From assembly GCA_963782015.1 (NCBI GenBank), contig CAWAHY010000003.1, positions 2,674 through 66,673 on the forward strand: a DNA stretch of 64,000 nt, in the 5' to 3' direction. The notes beneath the pieces are model-generated. The model was not told the DNA's origin. It saw nothing but the letters and a program-made list of their open reading frames with translations, and ran no database searches. Every line of letters begins with the position of its first letter. Position 1 is the first letter of the stretch. The translations under genes and the position numbers were made by a program. Positions 46,616 through 58,112 of the stretch are shown here, in pieces. The stretch is from an uncultured Chloroflexia bacterium (GTDB taxonomy: Bacteria; Chloroflexota; Limnocylindria; QHBO01).

Positions 46616-47269
46616 TCAGGAGCCCGGCTGCGCGGGGCCTCCGAACGGCTCCGGCGCCTCGCCGTAGTGGGCGTCGAGGAAGGTGCGCACCGCATCGACG
46701 TTCGCCGTGTCGAGGTAGAGGAGCCAGTTCCAGGCCGTCACCGCCACCGCGTGGCCGAAGTCGGCACCGCTCCAGGGCGTCAGGATCACCTTGAACTGCG
46801 AAGTGGTGATCTGCTGCTGCACGTAGTTCGTGAGCGAGGCCAGGCCCGTGGCGTCGAGGCGCGCCGGCTGGTACCAGATCACGATCCCGCCGTGCTCCAT
46901 GTTGTGGAGCATTCGCTCCTCCGGCTGGGCGTTGCTGTAGACGCCCCATGGACCTGGCGAATCGGCCGACGACCAGTGCGCGCCCGACGTCGCCGGGATC
47001 GAGTCGTACGGGCCTCCCGCGGTGCCCTCCGCGATGTGAGAGCGGCCGTTGTCCACCTGGCGGATCCCGACGTTGCCGCCGCCGTTGTCGGTGCCGCGTC
47101 CGAACAGGAAGACGAGCAGCAGGATCACCGACCCCAGGATCAGGATGGCCGCGATTGAGAGCAGCCGCCAGTCGAGCGTCCGCTCGCGGCCGCTGCCGAG
47201 CCGGCGCGTCATCGCCTCGTCGGAGGCGCGCGATCGGCGCTGGATGCCGGAGGTTCGCCGTTTCGCCAT
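46616..47269 (-). CDS. DUF3105-domain membrane-anchored protein
   Basis: 'SIPATSGAHW..MLHNMEHGGIVIWY' pattern. TM 'LLSIAAILILGSVILLLVFLF'. TATCCT (complement of 47279-47284) lies 9 nt before the ATG. Confidence 0.7.
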   Translation of the reverse strand: MAKRRTSGIQRRSRASDEAMTRRLGSGRERTLDWRLLSIAAILILGSVILLLVFLFGRGTDNGGGNVGIRQVDNGRSHIAEGTAGGPYDSIPATSGAHWSSADSPGPWGVYSNAQPEERMLHNMEHGGIVIWYQPARLDATGLASLTNYVQQQITTSQFKVILTPWSGADFGHAVAVTAWNWLLYLDTANVDAVRTFLDAHYGEAPEPFGGPAQPGS

Positions 47270-47328
47270 TGGCGGCGAAGGATAGCCGAGCCGGTCCGAT
47301 CCGTCGCCCTTGCTAGAATCGAGGCGAG

Positions 47329-47736
47329 ATGACCGCCCCCCAGAACGACGAACCGAGGCTGAGCGCATTTGCGCTGGCCCGGCGGCTCGTCTCCGGCATG
47401 ATCGCGCTGGCCAAGCTCGAGGTCCAGCATGGCCTCCAGGAGGTCGGCGGAATGCTCGCCGAGGCGAAGGTGGCGCTGGTGCTCTTCGGCATCGCGTTCG
47501 CCCTGGTCTTCATGGCCCTCATCTCCCTGACGGTCTTCCTGATCCTCGCCCTCGCCGCGCTGCTGGGCTGGCCCGGCTGGGTGCTGTCGCTGATCGTCAC
47601 GCTGCTCTTGCTCGTCATCGCGGCCCTGCTGGTGTGGCGCGGGATCCGCAAGGTGAAGTTCGGGCCGCCGGAGGAGACGATGGCCTCGGTCAGGGAGGAG
47701 GTCGCGTGGGCGAAACGATTGATCAGACGCGGGTAG
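47329..47736 (+). CDS. Actinobacterial holin-X / DUF1469-type small membrane protein
   Basis: 135 aa. Amphipathic N-terminus, two long TM helices, 'WRGIRKV' after TM2. TAGAAT at 47314-47319 lies 9 nt before the ATG. Confidence 0.6.
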   Translation: MTAPQNDEPRLSAFALARRLVSGMIALAKLEVQHGLQEVGGMLAEAKVALVLFGIAFALVFMALISLTVFLILALAALLGWPGWVLSLIVTLLLLVIAALLVWRGIRKVKFGPPEETMASVREEVAWAKRLIRRG

Positions 47737-48344
47737 AGATCGCCGCGCAGCGCGCGGAGCTGGAGGCGACCGCGGACCGGCTGCGCGACGCGCTCGACCT
47801 GCGCAAGCGGATCAGGGAGAACCCCGCGGTCGTGGTCGGGATCGGAGCCGTCACCGCCTTCCTGCTGGTGGGTGGTCCGCGCCGCGTGGCTCGCCACCTG
47901 CGGACGACGGTCATGCCGCATGCGGCGGAGGAGGCCTACGAGGCGCTCCCGGAGAGCATGCAGGCGTGGGTCAGCGCGCTGGCCGGGGAGGCTGGGCCGA
48001 AGACGAACGAGGTGCGCGACGAGCTGGTCGAGGAGCTGCGCCGCTGGCGACGAGACCCGATCAAGGACAAGAAGGCGCGGAAGGAGCTGGCGCGGCAGAT
48101 GGTCGAGGGCGCGCCGGGGCCACAGCGCACCATCTGGAACGCAGCTGAGACGGCGCTCACCCTCGTCGCCGCGGCCCTGGCCCGTAAGGCGGTGGCGCGC
48201 TTCCTGACCGATGAGCCCGCGCGCAAGCGTTCGGAGCCGGCGACGGCGGCCGAGCCGCCGAAGGCTGCTTCCCCCAGCCCCGACATGTCCGGTCCGGAGG
48301 GCTACGCCGGCTGGTCGGGCGGGGCCAAGCCCGCCGCGGAGTGA
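47706..48344 (+). CDS. DUF3618-like protein with a single TM helix
   Basis: 'ETIDQTRVEIAAQRAELEATADRLRDAL' N-terminus typical of DUF3618. GTG start overlaps the holin-X 3' end. Confidence 0.5.
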   Translation: MGETIDQTRVEIAAQRAELEATADRLRDALDLRKRIRENPAVVVGIGAVTAFLLVGGPRRVARHLRTTVMPHAAEEAYEALPESMQAWVSALAGEAGPKTNEVRDELVEELRRWRRDPIKDKKARKELARQMVEGAPGPQRTIWNAAETALTLVAAALARKAVARFLTDEPARKRSEPATAAEPPKAASPSPDMSGPEGYAGWSGGAKPAAE

Positions 48345-48345
48345 C

Positions 48346-48900
48346 CTAGCTGCAGGTGTAGTCGGCCGTCAGCGGCTCGCCGCTCCAGGTGCCGGAGAAG
48401 CTGCCGGAGCGGAGGTCCGGGTCCAGATCGGCCTGGGCGTTCTCGGTGTCGATGAATCCACCCACGACCAGGTCGTAGATGCGCACCCGCACCGCCTCGG
48501 GTCCGAACTGGCCGCCGCCAGTGATCGCCCCGCCGCCGACCCCGCCCTGGGCCGCCCCGACGGTCAGGTAGACGTCGAGCGCTCCACCGGTGCGGTGCTC
48601 GAGGTAGATCCAGATGCCATCCGGGCCGATGCTGCAGGTGCCGGGACCGGTGATCTCGCCCTTGGCATAGGTGAGCGTCAGATCCAGGTCGAGGTCCTGC
48701 TGCGCCACGGGGGTGGGGCCGGGCGTGACGGTGGGAGCGGGCGTCGCCGTCGGCTCGGGGCTGGCGGAGACCGCGACCGATGCCGGAACGGAGGGGGCAA
48801 AGCTCGGCTCCGAGCTGGGCGAGGGGGAGCTCGCCCCACCGCAGGCGGCGAGGAGAGCCACGCCGGCGAGCGCGGCAGCGATACGAGTCAGTTGATTCAT
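48346..48900 (-). CDS. Lipoprotein, unknown function
   Basis: Lipobox 'VALLAACG'. TATGGT (complement of 48907-48912) lies 6 nt before the ATG. Confidence 0.6.
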   Translation of the reverse strand: MNQLTRIAAALAGVALLAACGGASSPSPSSEPSFAPSVPASVAVSASPEPTATPAPTVTPGPTPVAQQDLDLDLTLTYAKGEITGPGTCSIGPDGIWIYLEHRTGGALDVYLTVGAAQGGVGGGAITGGGQFGPEAVRVRIYDLVVGGFIDTENAQADLDPDLRSGSFSGTWSGEPLTADYTCS

Positions 48901-48996
48901 GGGGCCACCATAGCCGGTCGGCGCGGATACCACCCGTCGGACCGGTGCCACTCCCCTGATAGACTCCCCCGCAGCACCCGCCGTCCACGCGTCGAT

Positions 48997-49080
48997 GGGC
49001 GAGTGGCGGAACGGCAGACGCGCCGGCTTTAGGAGCCGGTGTCGCAAGACGTGCGAGTTCGAATCTCGCCTCGCCCACCA
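48997..49080 (+). tRNA. tRNA-Leu (anticodon TAG), long variable arm, CCA encoded
   Basis: GGGCGAG acceptor, anticodon stem-loop CCGGC-TTTAGGA-GCCGG, variable arm TGTCGCAAGACGT, T-arm GCGAG-TTCGAAT-CTCGC. TAGACT at 48960-48965 upstream. Confidence 0.9.
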
Positions 49081-49101
49081 CCCTCAACCGCAGGAGCAGC
49101 C

Positions 49102-50403
49102 TTGGTCACCGTCTCCACCCGCGCCGAGTCAGGCTCCAGGATGGTCCTGGAGATCGAGGTCCCGCCGACCGAGGTCGACCGCCACTTCGCCACCGCCTAC
49201 CGCCACCTCGCCGAGCGCACCAAGGTCCCCGGCTTCCGGCCCGGCAAGGCGCCGCGGCACGTGATCGATCGGTTCGTGGGGCGCGCCTCGGTGATCGCCG
49301 AGGCGGTCGAGCACCTCGTCGACGAGAGCTACGACGCCGCGCTCGACCAGGCGGCCATCATCCCGCTCGACACCCCGGAGCTCGACCTCGACAGCGACGC
49401 GGTGGTGGAGGGGGCGACGGTCCGCTTCACCGCCACGGTCGCCGTCCGCCCGGAGGTGACGCTGGGCGCCTACACGGACTACCCGTTCAGCCTCGAGCCG
49501 GTCGAGGTCACCGATGAGCAGATCGAGGCGGTGATCACTGACCTGCGCGAGCAGCAGGCCACCCTGCGCCCGGTCGACGGGCGCGGTGCCGCGAAGGACG
49601 ACATCGCCGCGGTCAAGTTCATTGGCACGATCGACGGGGAGCCGTTCGAGGGCGGCTCGGCCGATCGGCTGCCGCTGGTGATCGGCGAGGAGCGGATGAT
49701 CCCGGGCTGGGAGGAGCAGCTGGTCGGCATGACGATCGACCAGACCAAGGGCTTCGACCTGACCTTCCCCGATGACTATCGGGTCGAGAAGCTGCGCGGC
49801 AAGCCCGCCCACTTCGAGGTCACGCTGCTCGACGTCAGGGAGCGGATCCTGCCCGAGGTGGACGACGCCTTTGCCAAGAGCGTCGCCGAGGTGGAGACGG
49901 TCGAGGAGCTGCGCAACGAGGTGCGCGATGCCCTCGCCCGACGCGGCGCGGATGAGGCGCGCCACCACTTCGCCGATCGGATCATCGACTTCGCCACCGC
50001 CAACGCCGGCGTCGACCTGCCCGAGGTGATGATCGCCAACGAGATCGAGATCATGCGCGACGAGCTGCGCAACCGCCTCGCCGCCCAGCAGATCGGGATG
50101 GAGAAGTACCTGGAGATGGCCCGCCAGTCGCCCGAGGAGCTGGCGACCGAGCTGCGCGAGCCGGCCACCCGCCGCGTGAAGTCACTCCTGGTCCTGTCGG
50201 CGATCGCCGAGAAGGAGGGGATCGACGCCACTCCGGAGGAGATCGAGGCGGAGACCGCCGAGCAGCTGGCCCGCTATCCCGACGAGCCGCGCCTGCGCGA
50301 GTACCTGACCTCGCGCCGTGGCCGCTCGTACCTGCGCATGACGCTGCGCAACCGTACACTGGTCGACACGCTGATCGCCCGCGCCACCACCCCCACGGAG
50401 TAG
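49102..50403 (+). CDS. tig: Trigger factor
   Basis: '[14 protein letters not shown]', FKBP-type PPIase core '[27 protein letters not shown]'. TTG start 5 nt after AGGAG (49092-49096). Confidence 0.9.
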   Translation: MVTVSTRAESGSRMVLEIEVPPTEVDRHFATAYRHLAERTKVPGFRPGKAPRHVIDRFVGRASVIAEAVEHLVDESYDAALDQAAIIPLDTPELDLDSDAVVEGATVRFTATVAVRPEVTLGAYTDYPFSLEPVEVTDEQIEAVITDLREQQATLRPVDGRGAAKDDIAAVKFIGTIDGEPFEGGSADRLPLVIGEERMIPGWEEQLVGMTIDQTKGFDLTFPDDYRVEKLRGKPAHFEVTLLDVRERILPEVDDAFAKSVAEVETVEELRNEVRDALARRGADEARHHFADRIIDFATANAGVDLPEVMIANEIEIMRDELRNRLAAQQIGMEKYLEMARQSPEELATELREPATRRVKSLLVLSAIAEKEGIDATPEEIEAETAEQLARYPDEPRLREYLTSRRGRSYLRMTLRNRTLVDTLIARATTPTE

Positions 50404-50407
50404 ACGC

Positions 50408-51085
50408 ATGCTGGTCCCGATGGTCATCGAGTCGAGCGCTCGCGGCGAGCGGGCCTTCGACATCTACTCGCGGCTGCTCAAGGAGCGGATCATCTTCCTG
50501 GGCGAGCCGATCGAGGACCACATCGCCAACCTGGTCATCGCGCAGCTGCTCTTCCTCGAGAGCGAGGACCCGACCAAGGACATCAGCCTGTACGTCAACT
50601 CGCCCGGTGGCGTGGTGACGAGCGGCCTGGCGATCTACGACACGATGCAGTACCTCAAGGCGCCGGTCAGCACCATCTGCATCGGCATGGCGGCCAGCAT
50701 GGCGTCGGTGCTGCTGGCGGCCGGGGCCAAGGGCAAGCGCTTCGCCCTTCCGAACAGCCGGATCATGATCCACCAGGGGTCCGCGGGGTTCCGCGGCAAC
50801 ACGCCGGACGTCGAGATCCAGATGCGCGAGGTGATGCACCTCACCGATCGCCTGACGCGGATCCTCGCCGGCCACACCGGCCAGACGCCCGAGAAGGTCA
50901 AGGCCGATTCCGATCGCGACTTCTACATGAGCGCCGACGAGGCGAAGGCCTACGGCATCATCGACGAGGTCTTCGTCGGGGCGGGCGAGTCACTGATCAG
51001 CATGACCCAGGCCGCCGGCGGGACCGTGCCGACCGCCAAGGAGGCGGCAGCGGCGGACGCCAAGGGCGAGGGCAAGAAGAAGTAG
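50408..51085 (+). CDS. clpP: ATP-dependent Clp protease proteolytic subunit
   Basis: '[19 protein letters not shown]', '[11 protein letters not shown]' (Ser), 'IMIHQ' (His). ~30-aa Ala/Lys-rich C-terminal tail. Confidence 0.93.
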   Translation: MLVPMVIESSARGERAFDIYSRLLKERIIFLGEPIEDHIANLVIAQLLFLESEDPTKDISLYVNSPGGVVTSGLAIYDTMQYLKAPVSTICIGMAASMASVLLAAGAKGKRFALPNSRIMIHQGSAGFRGNTPDVEIQMREVMHLTDRLTRILAGHTGQTPEKVKADSDRDFYMSADEAKAYGIIDEVFVGAGESLISMTQAAGGTVPTAKEAAAADAKGEGKKK

Positions 51086-51255
51086 TTGATGGCCGGCCCA
51101 CACCTTGGGCTCGCCCCACGACTCCTTACCGGGCCCCAGTACCGGATCCGGCGGCGCTCGATGACGCCGCGAGGGCTTTGAGACCTGATTCTGCTCGCTG
51201 CATGGCGCCGAATCGGGGTCCACTCCCGGTAACGCATCACCGCGTGAGCGCTCGC

Positions 51256-51726
51256 CTACCTGCCCTCCAGGTCGAGAAGCCAGCGCTTGACCCAGAGCTC
51301 ACCACCCCAGCCCCGGATCGAGCCGTCGGCGTGGATGACCCGATGGCACGGCACCACCGGGAAGAAGGGGCAGCGGGACATCGAGCCGCCGGCCGCGCGA
51401 GCCGCACCGGGGTGGCCCGCCATCATCGCCAGCTCACCGTAGGAGACGGTCTGGCCGTAGGGGATCTGTCGCGTGGCAGTCCAGATGGCGGCGTCGAACG
51501 CGCCCGCGGCGCGCAGGTCGATGGGAATCGAGAAGTCGCTGAGGCGACCCGCGAAGTAGGCATCCAGCTCGGCGATGACGGGCGCCACGGCGGGCGGGTC
51601 GAGGGTCGCGGAGCGGTCCTGCGGGAGGTCGCCGCGGGTGATCGAGACGAGGCCGCCCGACGAGACGGCGACCCAGAGCCGGCCGATGGGGGTCTCCATC
51701 GGCGCATGAGCGATGACCGCAGGCAC
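51256..51726 (-). CDS. ogt: Methylated-DNA-protein-cysteine methyltransferase
   Basis: 'VVPCHRVI' active-site motif. GTG start 6 nt after TAGCAT (complement of 51733-51738). Confidence 0.85.
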   Translation of the reverse strand: MPAVIAHAPMETPIGRLWVAVSSGGLVSITRGDLPQDRSATLDPPAVAPVIAELDAYFAGRLSDFSIPIDLRAAGAFDAAIWTATRQIPYGQTVSYGELAMMAGHPGAARAAGGSMSRCPFFPVVPCHRVIHADGSIRGWGGELWVKRWLLDLEGR

Positions 51727-51795
51727 CGGTCCATGCTATCCGGGACCATCGGTCTATAGCCGGGAGGCAGGCAATCGCGTGCTATCCTCGAACCG

Positions 51796-53094
<1,299 letters not shown>

Positions 53095-53234
53095 GCCGCT
53101 GGCGGTCCGCGCGCCCGGTACCAGTGGTCCGGTCGTGAAGGTACTTTCGGTCGGGGCGTCGGCGCACCATCCCCGCGCTAGCATGACCCGCGAGTCGATC
53201 CACCCAAACGCCACCGCAAGGAACCACCAACGCG

Positions 53235-54332
53235 ATGAGTGCGAATCCCGAGCAGACCTTCGACGAGACGCCGAGCGACTTCCTGCGAAGCCTGGTGGAC
53301 GCCATGCGCCGGGTGGTTGAGGCGACCCGCGACCGAACCCTCGCCGAGATGCGCGAGGCGGTCGAGACCGAGGCCGGTCAGCTGGACATGGCCCGCGCCG
53401 CCCGCGAGACCGCGATGCGCGAGCGCGCCGAGGCGGAGATCACCGGGGTCGGCTCCTGGGAGCGCGCCGAGATCGAGCGGATCCGCGCCGAGGCCTTGCG
53501 CAAGGTGCAGGCCCGCGGCGGACAGCTCGACCAGGAGCTCGCCGAGCTGGCAGCCGCCAACACCGCCGATCACGCCGCCCTGGCCGCCCGAGCCGATGCC
53601 TACGAGCGCGAGGTGGCCGACTTCATCCAGGCGCTGGAGGGGATCTCCGACCCCGCCACCTTCGCCGCGGCCGCCCGACGCATGCCGTCGCCGTGGGCCG
53701 CCAAGGCGTCACCGACCGTCGCGCAGCGCATGCCCGTGGCCCCGGCTCCCGCCCAGGCGCAGCCTGCCGACCCGATGCTCGACACGACTCCGACCGCTCC
53801 TGCCACCGAGGCCGCGGCGCGCCAGGCAGTCGCTGAGGCTCCCGCCGCGGCGCCCGTGCCCGCAGAGGCGGCACCTGTCGCCCCGACCGCCGAGGCCGCC
53901 GTGGAAGCCGTCGCGGAGCCGGCCAAGCCCGAGCCGATGACCGCCAAGCCAGTCGCCGCACGCGCCGAGGTCGCGCCCGCCGCAGGGAGCAACGGCGTCG
54001 CAGCCGCCGCTGATACCGCCACCTCCGACGTCATCCCGGCCGAGCCGGTCGCCCCCGAGCCGGTGGCCGACCAGGCGACCTCCATCCAGGTCCACGGCCT
54101 GGGCAGCTTCGGCGCCATCACCTCGTTCAAGCAGTCGCTCGAGAAGGTCGACGGGATCCGCAGCGTGACCCTGGGCCTCGGCCCGAGCGGTGAGTTCGTC
54201 TACACCGCCACGCATGCCCCGGCCTTCGATCTTGGCCGCGCCATTCGCGCCATCGAGGGCGAGGGCGTCGAGATCGAGCGCGACAACGGGACCCTCAAGG
54301 TGAGGGTCGGCAAGGCCGCCAAGGCCGGCTGA
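53235..54332 (+). CDS. Hypothetical protein: coiled-coil N-terminus, Ala/Pro-rich linker, small globular C-terminal domain
   Basis: 365-aa ORF with good coding composition at both ends. No family recognised. Confidence 0.55.
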   Translation: MSANPEQTFDETPSDFLRSLVDAMRRVVEATRDRTLAEMREAVETEAGQLDMARAARETAMRERAEAEITGVGSWERAEIERIRAEALRKVQARGGQLDQELAELAAANTADHAALAARADAYEREVADFIQALEGISDPATFAAAARRMPSPWAAKASPTVAQRMPVAPAPAQAQPADPMLDTTPTAPATEAAARQAVAEAPAAAPVPAEAAPVAPTAEAAVEAVAEPAKPEPMTAKPVAARAEVAPAAGSNGVAAAADTATSDVIPAEPVAPEPVADQATSIQVHGLGSFGAITSFKQSLEKVDGIRSVTLGLGPSGEFVYTATHAPAFDLGRAIRAIEGEGVEIERDNGTLKVRVGKAAKAG

Positions 54333-54351
54333 CGCGGCGCAGGGCGGGTGC

Positions 54352-54580
54352 TAGACTCCCGCCACGGCGCTGACCGTGAGGAGTACCCCTCCACCGACCG
54401 CGAGAGACGGCGGGTCGCAGGCTGCAAGCCCGCCCCGGCACGAGAGGGAGAAGGTCGCACGCGAGCCGTCCGGGTCCGCCCGATAACGCGGGAGCGAGGG
54501 CAGCATCGGTCCTGAAACCGGTGTCGCCAAACGAAGGTGGTACCACGACCCGTTCGTCCTTCGACGAACGGGTTTTGTAT
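54352..54580 (+). promoter_or_regulatory. T-box riboswitch leader of valS, with intrinsic terminator
   Basis: TAGACT -10 at 54352-54357. AGAGA at 54403-54407. GUC (Val) at 54454-54456 in 'GAAGGUCGCA'. T-box core GGTGGTACCACG at 54536-54547. Terminator ACCCGTTCGTC-CTTC-GACGAACGGGT (54548-54573) followed by TTTGTATT. Confidence 0.75.
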
Positions 54581-54600
54581 TGGCACGGAGGCACAGACCG

Positions 54601-57274
54601 ATGACGGAGCGACCGCAGCTCCCGCCGCGATACGTCGCGGCCGAGGTCGAGCCGGCGATCTACGAGCGCTGGCTGGCGAGCGGCGCCTTCACGCCCTCCG
54701 CCGAGCCGCGACCGGGCGCGGAGCGCTTCGTGATCATCCAGCCGCCGCCCAACATCACCGGCGCGCTGCACCTGGGCCACGCGCTCACCGCCTTCGTGGA
54801 GGACATCCTGGCTCGCTACCACCGCATGCGCGGCGACGACACGCTGTGGCTGCCCGGCGTCGACCACGCCAGCATCGCTGCCCAGTTCGTGCTCGACAAG
54901 ATCCTGGCCGGGGAGGGGGAGACCCGCGCCTCGCTGGGCCGGGAGCGATACCTCGAGCGGATGTGGCGGTTCATGGACGAGACCCGCGACACGATCGGCC
55001 GGCAGCACCGCCGGCTGGGCGCGTCGCTGGACTGGACGCGGCTGCGCTTCACGATGGATGACGGCAGCGCGCGCGCCGTGCGGGTCGCCTTCAAGAAGCT
55101 GTGGGACGCCGGCCTCGCCTACCGCGGCGAGGCGCTCGTCAACTGGTGCCCACGCTGCCGCACCACGATCAGCGACCTGGAGAACATCCACACCGAGGAG
55201 ACCGGCACGCTGTGGACCATCCGCTACCACCTGGCGGGTGCCGATGGCGCGCCGGACCCCGAGCAGTGGGTGAGCGTCGCCACCACGCGCCCCGAGACGA
55301 TCTTCGGCGACACCGCGGTGGCGGTGCATCCCGACGACGACCGCTACCGCGAGCTGGTCGGGCGCGAGGCGGTCCTTCCCTTCATCGGGCGGCGCGTCCC
55401 GATCATCACCGACACGGCGGTCGAGCCACAGTTCGGCACCGGCGCGGTCAAGATCACCCCGGCTCACGACTTCGACGACTACGCCGTCGCCCAGCGCCAC
55501 GGCCTGCCGATGATCTCGGTCCTCGACGAGGACGCGCGGCTCACCGCGGATGCCGGCGAGTTCGCCGGGATGGATCGCTTCGACGCGCGCGCCAAGGTCG
55601 TGGCGCGTCTGGAGGCGTTCGGCGACCTCGAGTCGGCGCGCCCGCACGAGATGGTGATCGGCCGCTGCGATCGCTGCGGAACGGTCGTCGAGCCGCGCCT
55701 CTCGGTGCAGTGGTTCGTGCGCGTCAAGCCGCTCGCCGAGCGCGCGCTGGCATCGGTCCGGGAGGGGCGAACCCGGATCCTGCCGGATCACTACGCCAAG
55801 GTCTACGCCCACTGGATGGAGAACATCCACGACTGGGCGGTGGGCCGCCAGCTGTGGTGGGGACACCGCATCCCGGCCTGGTACTGCCCCGACGGGCACA
55901 TCACCGTGACCGATCTCGAGGCCGGGCCCGATGCCTGCGCGACCTGCGGCCGCGCCGCCTCCGAGCTGACCCGGGAGACCGACATCTTCGATACCTGGTT
56001 CTCGAGCGGCCTGTGGCCCTTCTCGACGCTCGGCTGGCCCGACGAGACCGCCGACCTGACGCGCTTCTACCCCGGATCCGTCATGGAGACCGCCTACGAG
56101 ATCCTCTTCTTCTGGGTCGCGCGGATGATGATGCTGGGCCTCTTCTGCATGGACGTGGAGCCGTTCCACACCGTCTACCTCCACGGGCTGGTGCGCGATC
56201 CATACGGGCAGAAGATGAGCAAGACGAAGGGCAACGTGGTCGATCCGCTCGAGATGGTCGATGAGGTCGGCGCCGATGCGCTCCGCTTCGCGCTGGTCGC
56301 CGGCAACACGCCCGGCGTCGACCAGCGGCTCACCGACGCCAAGGTCGCGAGCGGACGCAACTTCACCAACAAACTGTGGAATGCGGCTAGGTTCGTCCTG
56401 GGCGCCCGCCCCGAGCCGCTGGCGGAGGCCGAGGGCGAGGCGTCGCTGGCCGGGCGCTGGATCCGGAGCCGTCTCGCCGACGCCTCGGAGCGCGCGACGG
56501 CCCAGCTGAACGACCTCGAGCTGGCTGGCTACGTCGCGGGCGTCTACGAGGTGGCCTGGAACGACTACTGCGACTGGTTCCTCGAGATGGCCAAGGTCGA
56601 GCTGCGGCGCGATGACGCCTCGCCTGGGGAGCGGGCAGCGACCTGGCGCGACGCCGTCGACGCCCTGGCGGACCTGCTGCGCCTCCTCCATCCGATCATG
56701 CCGTTCGTCACCGAGGAGGTGTGGGCGAGGATCCACGCCGTCCATCCCGCGGCGACGCGCGGCGAGGCGCTGCTGATGAGCTGCCGCGTGGCCTGCGGCG
56801 GACGGTCGGGACGAGGCCGCCGAGCGGGACGTGGCGGTGGTGATGGCGCTGGTCCGCGGCATCCGCAACCTGCGCGCGGAGACCGGCGTCGCGCCCGGCA
56901 CCTGGCTGCCGCTCACGGTGGTCCCGACCGACGATGCCGCGCGCGCGGCGATCGAGCGCGGGCTGGGCTACGTGGCCGCCCTGGCACGCGTGCGGCCGGT
57001 CGAGCTGCGCCAGCCCGGCGACGACGCGACGCGGCCGGAGACCGTGGTCACCACGCCACTGGCGGTGGCGTGGCTGGGCGAAGCGGGGACGCCGGTCGCC
57101 GGTGCGGGCGCACGAAGCGCTGCCGCGGAGGCCCACCTGCGCCAGGGGATCGAGCGCCTGCGCACCCTCCTCGCGGGCGAGTTCGCGACCAGGGCCCCGG
57201 CCGAGGTCGTGGCGCGCGAGCGCAGGCGCCTGGCGGAGCTCGAGTCCGAGCTGCTCCTCCTGACCGGTGGCTGA
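54601..57274 (+). CDS. valS: Valine-tRNA ligase; one frameshift near the anticodon-binding/coiled-coil junction
   Basis: 'PPPNITGALHLGH' (HIGH), 'KMSKTKGN' (KMSKS). C-terminal 'AAWPAADGRDEAAERDVAVVMALVRGIRNLRAE..' is in the frame of ORF 56831-57274. Junction ~56782. Confidence 0.93.
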
Positions 57275-57339
57275 CCGCCGCCGGGCACGCCCGGCGGGCC
57301 GTCGTCGAGCGCCGGGGATGCGCTGCTAGAATCGCCCGC

Positions 57340-58068
57340 ATGTCATTCCTCAGGCGCTCCCGCAAGAACCAGAACGAGCCTCCACCGCCGCCCACCCCCG
57401 TCCAGGAGGAGGTCACCGCCCAGCAGTTCAGCCTCAAGCTCGCCTTCCTGGCCCGCAGCAGCGACGGGCTGCGACTGCCGGCCGACCCGCGCATGCAGTC
57501 GATGCTGCCGGGGATCGTGGAGCCGCTGGCCATCTCCCCGGTCGAGGTGCTCGAGCCGGTGAGCCACGACCTGGGGAACGCGGCGCCCAACATCGAGCGC
57601 CTGCCGGAGCTCCAGCAGTGGATCACGGTGCGCGCCGCGGCGAGCCCGATCGCGCATCACGCGCTGTATGTGCTGGAGTCGACCGACGCGGTCGACATGA
57701 CGGTCGACAACTTCGCCTGCGCCCTCCTGCACGGCGAGACCGACACCTCCGGCTACCCCGACTACAACGCCATCGTCGGCGGCCTGGCCAGCCACTGGGA
57801 CGAGCTCTCCGGCGACCTGATCGTGCGCGCCGTGGTCGGCTGGGGGGGACGGGGCCAGCGGGGCGACACCGAGCGCCACGGCAACCGGCTGCTCAGCGCG
57901 CTGTACCAGCAGGTGCGGGCCACCGGCCACAGCCTCGGCGCGGCCACCTCCGCCCGGGCCACCTCGATCAGCGAGCGCGGCGGGGCGGTCTGCAAGCACT
58001 GCGGCTTCGAGTCGGGGACGGGCGCGTTCTACTGCCCCAAGTGCGGCATGCGGATGCGGGGCGCCTGA
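57340..58068 (+). CDS. Hypothetical protein with a C-terminal zinc ribbon
   Basis: ATG 7 nt after TAGAAT (57327-57332). Ends 'CKHCGFESGTGAFYCPKCG'. It appears in the ORF track only as the tail of the artefactual ORF 54580-58068. Confidence 0.55.
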   Translation: MSFLRRSRKNQNEPPPPPTPVQEEVTAQQFSLKLAFLARSSDGLRLPADPRMQSMLPGIVEPLAISPVEVLEPVSHDLGNAAPNIERLPELQQWITVRAAASPIAHHALYVLESTDAVDMTVDNFACALLHGETDTSGYPDYNAIVGGLASHWDELSGDLIVRAVVGWGGRGQRGDTERHGNRLLSALYQQVRATGHSLGAATSARATSISERGGAVCKHCGFESGTGAFYCPKCGMRMRGA

Positions 58069-58112
58069 CCCGGCCGGTACCTTTGGCGACGCTTCGCTAG
58101 GCTGCAGTCCCA

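Noticed and set aside
47329-47736. A holin-family gene as evidence for a prophage or lysis cassette.
   Set aside because: No endolysin, spanin, terminase, capsid, tail or integrase genes are nearby. The tRNA-Lys at 46486-46560 shows no duplicated att-like flank that I could see. The family is commonly chromosomal.
51256-51726. ogt inserted on the opposite strand between clpP and clpX as a sign of rearrangement.
   Set aside because: It is a single intact housekeeping-type repair gene with its own leaderless promoter. It has no repeats or mobile-element remnants at its borders. clpX has its own promoter, so there is nothing further to pursue from the sequence alone.
54580-58068. 1162-aa ORF that looks like ValS fused to a C-terminal zinc-ribbon domain.
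   Set aside because: It is an artefact. After the frameshift at ~56782 the valS frame runs through nonsense. It then happens to be in phase with the independent downstream gene, which has its own ATG at 57340 and a TAGAAT promoter. The real ValS C-terminus is in ORF 56831-57274.
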